Below are positions 20,296-28,498 of a DNA stretch of 64,000 nt, piece after piece. The DNA lies in the NCBI GenBank assembly GCA_021815805.1, contig JAKAZQ010000003.1:93703-157702 (forward strand), given 5' to 3'. Each line of letters starts with the position of its first letter. The stretch's first letter is position 1. Under the pieces are notes generated by a model. That model worked only from the letters and a program-made list of their open reading frames with translations, had not been told where the DNA came from and ran no database searches. The position numbers and the translations under genes are program-made. The stretch is from Pseudomonadota bacterium. GTDB taxonomy: Bacteria > Pseudomonadota > Gammaproteobacteria > Burkholderiales > Burkholderiaceae_C.

Positions 20296-20590
20296 TCAGA
20301 TCTCCTTGGACATTCTCACGGCGCGCCGTATATCGGCACTCTGCGTGGACTTGTCCCCACCGATCAACAGAAACACCCCCATCCTCTCCCGGATCGTGAA
20401 GTACAAGCGGTAGCCCGGTCCGATGTCGACGCGCATTTCGGAGACGTCGCCGCGAACCGGCTTGACGTCTCCCGGATGGCCTGCCCGCTCGTCGGCGGCG
20501 CTGCGCTGCTGACGGATGGCCAACGAGTACACCGCCCGCATCTCACGAAAGCTGGTGAGACCGTCAAAAAGCGGCAAAAGCGAAGACGCT
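20296..20590 (-). pseudogene. addiction-module killer (RelE-like, HI1419-like), N-terminus degenerate
   Basis: GHPGDVKPVRGDVSEMRVDIGPGYRLYF...FLLIGGDKSTQSADI is intact, but no clean start or N-terminal consensus. Confidence 0.7.
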
Positions 20591-20621
20591 TGCCATGAAG
20601 CCAGCCACACCGAGACGCGGT

Positions 20622-20854
20622 GACCATCAAGGCTCGCGAGGCGTCGGTCGCGGCGATGTAGCCGTTCGCCGTGCTGATGGCCTTGCCCTCGCGTCGCGCC
20701 CGGGCCATCAGAGTCGCGTAGGTCTGCGACGCATCGAGATCGAAGGGCAGAACGCGCCCCCCTGCGGTATTTCAACAGCCTGTTAAGACCTCGCGTTCAA
20801 ATCGGGCGCGTTGGGCCACAGTTCGGAAAGGACGTTGGTGTCGACGAGGATCAT
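20622..20854 (-). pseudogene. FitB/VapC PIN toxin, interrupted and internally deleted
   Basis: MILVDTNVLSELWPNAPDLNARS* then an IS-end-like scar, then RVLPFDLDASQTYATLMARARREGKAISTANGYIAATDASRALMV. Confidence 0.85.
20757..20786. mobile_element. isolated terminus of the MITE/IS-like element inside the vapC pseudogene
   Basis: CCCCCTGCGGTATTTCAACAGCCTG-TTAA versus CCCCCTGGGGTATTGCAGCAGCCTG-CTAG at the end of copy 1. Confidence 0.7.
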
Positions 20855-21108
20855 TCGATGCTCGGTGGCAAAGCAGGCGTCTTGTCGCGGAGCTGGCTGA
20901 ACTGCTCGAATTCGGCGTCGGCCAAGCCGCCGGCTTCCCGAGCGATCGAGGCAAGCAGCAAGCCGAGTTTGAGTCGACCTTCGGGCCTTGCTGCCTGCTC
21001 CAGGATGTCACGAACTTCGGCCTCGGTGCTGCGGCCGTGCTGCGCCGCGCGCACCCGCAGTGCGCGATGGACCTCGTCCGGGAGATTTCGAACCGTCAGA
21101 ATGGCCAT
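20851..21108 (-). CDS. FitA/StbC-like Arc-family antitoxin
   Basis: MAILTVRNLPDEVHRALRVRAAQHGRSTEAEVRDIL; ATGA overlap with the vapC start. Confidence 0.92.
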   Translation of the reverse strand: MAILTVRNLPDEVHRALRVRAAQHGRSTEAEVRDILEQAARPEGRLKLGLLLASIAREAGGLADAEFEQFSQLRDKTPALPPSIE

Positions 21109-21120
21109 GGCAGCAAACGG

Positions 21121-21396
21121 TCAGCCCTCGATGCGAACCACGGCACGGCCGCCGACGGCGTGGGCGTAGCGTTGCACGGTGCGTAGCGACGGCGGGCGGC
21201 GGCCGCTCTCCAGGCGGGCGACCACGCTTTGGGTCGTGCCCATGCGCTGCGCGACCTCGGCCTGGGACAGCCCGGCGCGAGCGCGGGCAGCGGTCAGCTC
21301 GCGCGCGATGGCGAATTCCTCGGCCAGTGCGTCGTACGCTGCCTTGGTTTCCGGGGTGGCCAGCAACTCGGCCTTCATCTGCTTCAAGGACTTCAT
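21121..21396 (-). CDS. XRE-family HTH antitoxin (HigA-like)
   Basis: AYDALAEEFAIAREL..ARARAGLSQAEVAQRMGTTQSVVARLESG. Confidence 0.9.
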   Translation of the reverse strand: MKSLKQMKAELLATPETKAAYDALAEEFAIARELTAARARAGLSQAEVAQRMGTTQSVVARLESGRRPPSLRTVQRYAHAVGGRAVVRIEG

Positions 21397-21716
21397 CGCA
21401 TGGCCTCCAGGCGTTTGCGCGCGATCTCGATGGCGGCGCGCGGGGTAGTCTGCGTCTTCTTCACGAACAGATGCAGCACGGTCAGGGTGCGGTCGTGCTG
21501 GGCAACGTAGACGGCGCGTGCGATGCCGTCACGACCCTTCGCTCGCATCTCCCATAGCTTGTCCTCCAGCGGGCGAACATGGGGCATCCCGACGCGCTGC
21601 GGCCCGAAGGTCTCCAGCATGTCAGCCACTCGCAGCAAGCGCGCCTGCATGTCCGCCGGAAGCGCCCGCAGCTCGGGCTCGGAAGCGGGATGAAACTGCA
21701 CCTTCCATGGTCGCAT
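21393..21716 (-). CDS. RelE/HigB-family toxin (Gp49-like)
   Basis: GMPHVRPLEDKLWEMRAKGRDGIARAVY...LHLFVKKTQTTP; toxin-first order. Confidence 0.92.
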   Translation of the reverse strand: MRPWKVQFHPASEPELRALPADMQARLLRVADMLETFGPQRVGMPHVRPLEDKLWEMRAKGRDGIARAVYVAQHDRTLTVLHLFVKKTQTTPRAAIEIARKRLEAMR

Positions 21717-21731
21717 GGTATCGCCTTTTTG

Positions 21732-21854
21732 CTATTGCCCGACAAGTCGCGAGGCCGGCTCGTCCTCGGCAGCCGGTGTGAACTCGATGCCGGCTTGCTC
21801 CAGCATCCAGGCTTCGATGCGATCATGGTGCAGGCGCAGCAGGCCCAGCGGGCA
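21732..21854 (-). pseudogene. probable C-terminal relic of a tyrosine integrase
   Basis: CPLGLLRLHHDRIEAWMLEQAGIEF resembles, from recall, the tail (..RPLDLLRxHHERIEAWILEQAGI.F) of a betaproteobacterial tRNA-targeting integrase family; located next to the distal direct repeat. Confidence 0.5.
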
Positions 21855-22046
21855 GCGTGGGACTTGCTCGGTGTCGCCAGCACCATGCGTCCTTCGGACT
21901 TCGCGGCCTTGAGGCGCGACGCGAACGCCCAGGCCACGCCGCGTGGCAGCGGTTTCAGCAGGCATCAGGTGGCGTGTCGGTCTCGTCGCATCAGACTCCT
22001 CGGAGCGTCAGGGTGCTCGTCCAGTTCCCGTCTTCGTCTCGCCCCG

Positions 22047-22097
22047 CACCCCACGCTTTGAACGACGAAGCCCGGCCAAGCGCCGGGCTTCGTCGTT
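22047..22097. repeat. direct repeat copy 2 (att-like, includes terminator hairpin)
   Basis: CACCCCAcGCtTTGaaCGACGAAGCCCGGCCAAGcGCCGGGCTTCGTCGTT. Confidence 0.85.
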
Positions 22098-22402
22098 TAT
22101 GGCGGGCCTCTGTGCGGCTTGTAGTCGGCCTCGCGCTGCGCGCGGATGGCGAGCACGAAAGCCACATCGATTTGCGGCACGAAACGGTAGAGCGCGACAT
22201 CTCCGTGCGAACCATGACCGATGACCAACTCGCGCATGCCAGCCTTGAGCTTGCGGCCGATCTCGGGGCTGTGTCGCAGGATCTGGATCGCCTCCAGGAT
22301 TTCCGCGATGCGGCCGCGGACATCGTCAGCAAACTGCGTGAGGTGGTCGAGCAAACGATCGAAATCTTGCACAGCCTCGGATGCCAACTCGATGCGTGCC
22401 AT
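22097..22402 (-). CDS. ParE/RelE-family toxin, apparently orphan
   Basis: MARIELASEAVQDFDRLLDHL...LRHSPEIGR...RELVIG...ALYRFVPQIDVAFVLAIRAQRE (tail of the 2085-aa shadow ORF). Confidence 0.8.
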   Translation of the reverse strand: MARIELASEAVQDFDRLLDHLTQFADDVRGRIAEILEAIQILRHSPEIGRKLKAGMRELVIGHGSHGDVALYRFVPQIDVAFVLAIRAQREADYKPHRGPP

Positions 22403-22600
22403 CGGTGTCGTCAACGCTTGAGTCGACGCGCCGCCGGCTTGCGGGGCGCCGCTGTGCGCTGTGAACAGGAAGCTTCGCGTGCTGGAGCGGCGCTCGGCCT
22501 TGGGCCCGGAGCCATCGGGACACCGGGAGTTTCGGTATGCTGGCCGCCGTGCTGACCCGGCGCCCGCGCCTTGCAGGTGGCGTGCAGACCCGTTCCGAGG

Positions 22601-25600
22601 ATGATCGTGAGACGACCGCGTGGGTGTTGGGCCGCAGGCCGGGTGGCCACGGTGCTGCTGGCTCTGGCGTTGGGAGCCTGCGGGCGGCATGAGACCGGCC
22701 TGAAGCGCGCGCTGCTGGGTGCGCCGCGACAGGCCCGGCCCGCGCGGAGTGTCTCCGCGGGGGGCGACGCGCTGCAGGTGCGCCGCATCTCCCCGTCCGG
22801 CCAGGCGATCGAGCCCGGCCGGGAACTGGTGATCCAGTTCGATCGCGCGATGGTGGCGCTGGGCGCGATGGCGCGCAAGCCCCAGCCGCTCGACGTCTCG
22901 GTGAGGCCCGATCCCGGCTGCCAGTGGCGCTGGCTGGACACCAGCGAACTGGCCTGCCGCCTGCCCGGCAAGCAGCGTTTCGCTCCCGCCACGAACTACA
23001 CGGTGCGCGTGGGAACCGGCCTGCGCGCGCTGGATGGAAACCATCTTGCGCGGCCCGTGACCGGCTCGTTCAGCACCTGGCGCCCGCAGATTCAGTGGGT
23101 GGAGTTCCAGCGCTGGGAGTCCCCGGTGACGCCGCTGTACCTGCTGCACTTCAACGTGCCGGTGACCGCGCAGGCAGCGCAGCGCAGCGTGTTCTTCAGC
23201 GACGGCCACGGCGATGGCGTCGCGGCACGCATCGAGCCGTTCACACGCCGGCGCGAAGGTCCGTTGTGGCTGCCGGTGCCGGGGGCCCCGGGCGCGGTGC
23301 TCGAAGTCGTCTCGCCCCGGCCGGATCGACCACTCGACGCGAAGGCCGCGGCCGCCGCCGGGCGGCGCGTGTGGCTGGCTCGGCCCGCCCGGGCGCTGCA
23401 GGGCGGGCGCAACTATGCACTGCGGCTGCGCGCGGGCCTGCTGTCTGCGCTGGGGCCGCTGCCCGGCGTGGCGGCCGACCTGTACACGACCGCGAGCACC
23501 TATGGGGAGTTCAGTTTCCAGGGTGTGTCCTGCGGCGACGGCCACGGCGACCACTTCCAGTGGCTGCCGGGCGCCGTCCAGTCGCGGCGCTGTCGCCCGG
23601 GCAGCGTGAACCTGCTGTTCAGCGCGCCGGTCCCGCGTGCCACGCTGGCGGCCATCGGCTGGCAACCCGACCCGCTGGCGCCGGGCCAGCTGGCGCGGCA
23701 CTGGGCCGACTACCCCGACTGGTTCCTGCGCCCGCGCAACAGCGATGCCGACGCGACGCAACCCGATTCCTACCCGCTGACCTTCAGGCTCCAGCCGATG
23801 CACGACTACGTGCTGCGTGTGCCGGCCGGCGTGAGGGATCGCTTCGGGCGCAGGCTCGCCAGGTCCGTGGAACTGCGCTTCCAGACCGGGCACGATGGGC
23901 CGTTTCTCGACCCGCCGCCGGCGCTGGCCGTGCTCGAGTCCGGCTTGCACACGATCGTGCCGCTGCGTTTCACCAACCTGCAAAGCCTGACGCTGCACGA
24001 GCGCCGTCTGTTCGCCGCGGATCTGGAGCACGATCGTGCGGCCGCGCCCGAGCGCGCGCAGGATCTCCTGCAACGCAAGGACCTGGCACCGCGCCTGGAC
24101 AAGCAGGTGCGCGGCTCCCTGGGCGTGCGCCGCCTGCTCGACGGGCGTTCCGGGGTGCTGTGGGGCCGCCTGCGCGCCGTGCCGCCGCTCGGCGGTGCGT
24201 CCACCCGGCTGATGGCCGAGGTCACGCCCTATCAGGTGCTGGCCAAGATCGGCCATTACGACAGTCTGATCTGGCTCAGCCGGCTGGCCGACGGCCGGCC
24301 CGTGGCCGGTGCCCGCGTGGCGCTGTACACCACGCCGCGCGCCGACCCGGGCAGGCCGACGCGCGTGGGCCCCCCTGCGGTGCTCACCGACGCGCAGGGC
24401 CTGGCCCGACTGCCGGGCTCGGCCACGCTGCCGAAGGACTGGTTCGACCCCTGGCAGCGCAAGCGCGAGTACTTCGTCGGAGTCACCCGCGGCCGTCAGC
24501 TGGCGCTGCTGCCACTGAACGATGCTTTCACGCGCACCGTGCTGGACGCCAGCCACTACAGCCTGCAGGCCGACAACCAGGCGGCCCACGGCCACATGCG
24601 GGCCTGGGCGGTGACCGGACAGGGCATCTACAAGCCGGGCAGCGAGGTGCGCTACATCGCCTTCGTGCGCGCCGAGGGGCCGACCGAGCTGCGGGCGCCG
24701 CCGCGCCTGGACTATGCCCTGCGCATCACCGACGCCACCGGCAAGGTGGTGCTGCGGCGCCAGCATGTGCGGCTGTCGGAGTTCGGCTCGGTGTCGGGCG
24801 AACTGCATGTGGGGCGCAACGCGGCCAGCGGCCAGTACTCGATCAGCCTGAGCTGGCCGACCGCCAACGGCACCGTCACGCGCGACGCCGGCGGCTTCCT
24901 GGTCACCGACTTCGTGCCCGCGTCCTACCAGGTGCATACGTCGCTGCGCCAGAAGGTGGTGGGCCCGGGCAGCCTGATCGGCGCCCAGGCGAGTGCCACG
25001 CTGCAGGCCGGCGGCCCCTATGCCGACGCCGCGGTCAAGTTCACCACCACGCTGGTGGCGGCCCCCTTCGCGCCGGACAACCCGCTGGCCGCCGGGTTCC
25101 AGTTCGGCGGCAGCGATGGCGACACCGACACCTTGTCGACACGCACGGTGTCGATGCAGCAACTGCGCCTGGACCACGCCGGGCGCGCGAGCATGCACCT
25201 GCGCCTGCCCGCGGTCTCCGGCACGGTGTACGGCCAGGTGGTCGTGGAGGCGGCGGTGGAGTCGGCGCGTGCCACCTGGGTGGCGCGCAGTGCGCAGGCC
25301 GTCTACGCCGCGCGCGACCGTTTCATCGGCCTGCGCACCGACAACTGGCTGCAGACCGCCGGCCAGCCCTTCAGCGTGCAGTACCTGGTGGTCGACCCCC
25401 AGGGCACGCCGCGCGCCGGCAGCCGCGTGCGCCTGCTGCTGCAGCGCCAGCGCATCGACCGCGTGCAACTCAAGAACGGCGCCGGCGACTTCGCGCCGGA
25501 CGACCATGTCTCCTGGGTCACCGAGGACCGCTGCGCGGCGACGGCGTCGGCGGCCCCGGGCCATTGCTCGCTGACCCCCAGGCATGCGGGGGACTACCGC

Positions 25601-28498
25601 ATCGAGGCCGAGGTCGACGACACGCGCGGCCGCGTCGATCGCGCCGCGCTGGAAACCTGGGTCACCGGCCCCGGCGAGGTGTTGTGGAGCCAGGGCAGGG
25701 GCGTGACCATCGTGCCCGACCGCAAGGCCTACCACGTGGGCGACACGGCGCACCTGCTGATCCAGAATCCCTTCCCCGGCGCCCGCGCGCTGGTCACGGT
25801 CGAACGCTATGGCGTGCTGTGGAAAAAGCTGCTGACCCTGCACGGCGGCGCCCCGGTGGTGAACCTTCCGATCCGGGCCGACTTCTTTCCCGGGGCCTAT
25901 GTCTCGGTGGCCGTCTTTTCGCCGCGCGTGGCGCCGCCGGCCGATCCCGACCTGGGCAAGCCCGCGCTGGCGCTGGGCTACATGGCGCTGCCGGTGCTCG
26001 GCCCTGGCGGCGCGCTGCAGGTGCAGGTCAGCCCCGACGCGCCGCAGCACAAGCCGCGCCAGCAGGTCGACGTGGCGGTGCGGGTGCGCCACGCGGGCGG
26101 CGCGGTCGCGCCGGGCACGCGACTGGTCGCGGTGGTGGTCGACCAGTCGGTGGTGGATCTGCTGCAGCAAGGCCTGGGGTACTACGACCCGTCGAGCACC
26201 TTCCAGGCGCCGCCCCAGGGCCCGGACATCACGAACTACAGCCTGGCCGAGCAACTGGTCACGCGGCTTCAACCCAGGGCCGGCAAGGGCGAAAGTCCCG
26301 GCGGCGATGGTGGCGCAAGCGTCGGGCCGAACATGCGCAGCGACTTCCGCTACGCGGTCTACTGGAACGACCAGCTGCGCACCGATGCGCGTGGGCGCGC
26401 GCATTTCCGCTTCACGCTGCCCGACAACCTGACCCGTTGGCGCATCGTGGTCATCGCCATGGGCCGCGGCGACGCGATGGGCCTGGGCAAGTCCAGCGTG
26501 CGCGTGGACCTGCCGCTGGAGTTGCGTCAGGCGCTGCCCAACCAGGTGCGCGTGGGCGATGCATTCGACGCCGGCTTCAGCGTGACCAACCGCACCCAGG
26601 GGGCGTTGCGGGTGCTCACGCACCTGCAGGCCCGCGGGCCGATCGCCGGCGCCAGCGCGGCGGCCGACTCGACGCTGCAACTGGGCAGCTTCGCGCATGG
26701 CCTGAGCTGGCTGCGCCTGCACGCCGACGCGCCCGGCAGCATCGAGCTGCAGGCCGATGCCCGCGCGGGCGCGCTGTCCGACGCGATGCGCGCACGGGTT
26801 GCGGTGGCGCAGGCGCAGGCGCGCGTCGTGGCCGCCGAGTACGGCAGCACGATCGGGCCGGCCGCGCAGATTGCGCTGCAGGCGCCAGCCGCGGCCCTGC
26901 CCGGCAGTGCCCGCGTGCAGCTGCAACTGGCGCCGACCCTGGTCGGCGGACTCGACGGTGCCTTCGAGGTGCTGCGCGACGACCTGCTGCAGACCTGGGA
27001 GATCCGGCTCAGCCGCGGCGTGCTGGCCAGCGACTACCTGCGTCTCGGTCGCGCGCTGGGCGCGACGCTGGCGTGGCCCGACGCGGCCGGGGAGGTGCAG
27101 CGCACGCTGGAGGCCGCCGGCGACTTCCAGGCGCCCGACGGAGGCATGGCCTTCTGGATCCCCAACGATCGTTTCGTCAGTCCCTACCTGAGCGTGTACA
27201 CGGCGCTGGCCTTCCACTGGCTGCATCAGGCCGGGCACGCGATCCCGCAGGACGTGCAGGCCGCTCTGCAGGGCTACCTGCGCAGGCACGTGCTGGACGC
27301 CGCCCATACGGACCCGGTGCTGCGCGCCGGCGCGCTGGCCGCGCTGGCCCCCGCGGGCGGCGTGCGGCCCGGCGAGGTGGCGGGCATGCTGCCGCAGCTG
27401 CCGCAGCTCGGACTGTTCGGACGCGCACTGCTGCTCGATGCTGCGCTGGACACCGACGACCGCGCCAGCGCCCGCGCCATCGTGCGCTCGCTGCTGTCCA
27501 GCGCCGAGGAGTCTGCCGGGGAGATTTCCTTCAACGAACAGCGCAGCGACGCGTACGCCTCGCTGCTGGCCACGCCGCTGAGGGACAACTGTGCCGTGCT
27601 CGACGCGCTGTCGCTGTACAAACGACGCTTCGGCGACCAGGGCCTGCTGGGCACGACCCCGCAAAAAGCCATGCGCTGGATCACCGCGCGCCGACGCAAT
27701 TCGGGGGGCTGGCCGAACAGCCAGGAGAACGTGTTCTGCACCACGGCCGTCGTGCACTACGCCGACGCCTATGAACCCCCGGTGCGCGACCTGGGCGCGC
27801 GCGTGACGGGCAGCGCAGCGCCGGCCCGGCACGCGCGCTTCGCTTCCCGCGGCTCGGCGCCGGTCTCCCTGCGGCTGCCGGCGCCCGCGCCGGGGAGCAC
27901 GGCGAGCATCCGCATCGCCCGCTCCGGGCACGGGCGCCTGTACTACCAGCTGCGCCTGAGCTACGCGATGCCCCCCGATGCGCTGGCCCCGGCCGACGCC
28001 GGCTTCAGCATCCGGCGCAGCTACGCGGTGCAGCGGGGCCTGCGCTGGGTGCCGGTGGTGCCGGGCACGGTTCTGCTGCGCGGCGACGTGGTGCGCGTGG
28101 AGCTCGACGTCGACGCGCCCACCGAGCGCCATTACGTGGTGGTCAGCGACCCGCTGCCCGGCGGCTTCGAGGCCGTGAACCGGCAGTTGGCCACCGCGAT
28201 GGACAGCAGCCCGGCCGACCTGGCAGGGCGCTCGGTGCTGATGTTCGACGCCGGTGCGTGGCCCGGCATGTCCATGGTCAGCGGCGGCTTCTACCACCGC
28301 GAGACCAGCTTCGACGCCGTGCGCTTCTACGCCGACACCCTGCCGGCCGGGCATTACCGTCTGGTGTATGCGGCGCAGGTCATCGCCCCGGGGCGATTCA
28401 TCGCGCCGGCGCCGACGGTGCGCGAGATCTACGAGCCCGACGTGTTCGGGCGCGGCGCATCGCAGACCGTGGACGTGCGCCTGCGCGGTTCGCGATGA
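22601..28498 (+). CDS. bacterial alpha-2-macroglobulin family lipoprotein (~1965 aa)
   Basis: Lipobox LALGAC; MG-domain motifs IYKPGSEVRY, FLVTDFVP, YHVGDTAHLLIQNPF, FTLPDNLTRWR, VVSDPLPGGFE; followed by pbpC. Confidence 0.93.
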   Translation: MIVRRPRGCWAAGRVATVLLALALGACGRHETGLKRALLGAPRQARPARSVSAGGDALQVRRISPSGQAIEPGRELVIQFDRAMVALGAMARKPQPLDVSVRPDPGCQWRWLDTSELACRLPGKQRFAPATNYTVRVGTGLRALDGNHLARPVTGSFSTWRPQIQWVEFQRWESPVTPLYLLHFNVPVTAQAAQRSVFFSDGHGDGVAARIEPFTRRREGPLWLPVPGAPGAVLEVVSPRPDRPLDAKAAAAAGRRVWLARPARALQGGRNYALRLRAGLLSALGPLPGVAADLYTTASTYGEFSFQGVSCGDGHGDHFQWLPGAVQSRRCRPGSVNLLFSAPVPRATLAAIGWQPDPLAPGQLARHWADYPDWFLRPRNSDADATQPDSYPLTFRLQPMHDYVLRVPAGVRDRFGRRLARSVELRFQTGHDGPFLDPPPALAVLESGLHTIVPLRFTNLQSLTLHERRLFAADLEHDRAAAPERAQDLLQRKDLAPRLDKQVRGSLGVRRLLDGRSGVLWGRLRAVPPLGGASTRLMAEVTPYQVLAKIGHYDSLIWLSRLADGRPVAGARVALYTTPRADPGRPTRVGPPAVLTDAQGLARLPGSATLPKDWFDPWQRKREYFVGVTRGRQLALLPLNDAFTRTVLDASHYSLQADNQAAHGHMRAWAVTGQGIYKPGSEVRYIAFVRAEGPTELRAPPRLDYALRITDATGKVVLRRQHVRLSEFGSVSGELHVGRNAASGQYSISLSWPTANGTVTRDAGGFLVTDFVPASYQVHTSLRQKVVGPGSLIGAQASATLQAGGPYADAAVKFTTTLVAAPFAPDNPLAAGFQFGGSDGDTDTLSTRTVSMQQLRLDHAGRASMHLRLPAVSGTVYGQVVVEAAVESARATWVARSAQAVYAARDRFIGLRTDNWLQTAGQPFSVQYLVVDPQGTPRAGSRVRLLLQRQRIDRVQLKNGAGDFAPDDHVSWVTEDRCAATASAAPGHCSLTPRHAGDYRIEAEVDDTRGRVDRAALETWVTGPGEVLWSQGRGVTIVPDRKAYHVGDTAHLLIQNPFPGARALVTVERYGVLWKKLLTLHGGAPVVNLPIRADFFPGAYVSVAVFSPRVAPPADPDLGKPALALGYMALPVLGPGGALQVQVSPDAPQHKPRQQVDVAVRVRHAGGAVAPGTRLVAVVVDQSVVDLLQQGLGYYDPSSTFQAPPQGPDITNYSLAEQLVTRLQPRAGKGESPGGDGGASVGPNMRSDFRYAVYWNDQLRTDARGRAHFRFTLPDNLTRWRIVVIAMGRGDAMGLGKSSVRVDLPLELRQALPNQVRVGDAFDAGFSVTNRTQGALRVLTHLQARGPIAGASAAADSTLQLGSFAHGLSWLRLHADAPGSIELQADARAGALSDAMRARVAVAQAQARVVAAEYGSTIGPAAQIALQAPAAALPGSARVQLQLAPTLVGGLDGAFEVLRDDLLQTWEIRLSRGVLASDYLRLGRALGATLAWPDAAGEVQRTLEAAGDFQAPDGGMAFWIPNDRFVSPYLSVYTALAFHWLHQAGHAIPQDVQAALQGYLRRHVLDAAHTDPVLRAGALAALAPAGGVRPGEVAGMLPQLPQLGLFGRALLLDAALDTDDRASARAIVRSLLSSAEESAGEISFNEQRSDAYASLLATPLRDNCAVLDALSLYKRRFGDQGLLGTTPQKAMRWITARRRNSGGWPNSQENVFCTTAVVHYADAYEPPVRDLGARVTGSAAPARHARFASRGSAPVSLRLPAPAPGSTASIRIARSGHGRLYYQLRLSYAMPPDALAPADAGFSIRRSYAVQRGLRWVPVVPGTVLLRGDVVRVELDVDAPTERHYVVVSDPLPGGFEAVNRQLATAMDSSPADLAGRSVLMFDAGAWPGMSMVSGGFYHRETSFDAVRFYADTLPAGHYRLVYAAQVIAPGRFIAPAPTVREIYEPDVFGRGASQTVDVRLRGSR

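Noticed and set aside
22924-27774. 1616-aa plus-strand ORF
   Set aside because: Arg/Ala/Gly/Pro-rich out-of-frame overlap of the macroglobulin gene.
22097-28354. 2085-aa minus-strand ORF
   Set aside because: Antisense shadow of the macroglobulin gene in high-GC DNA; only its last 101 codons (ParE) look real.
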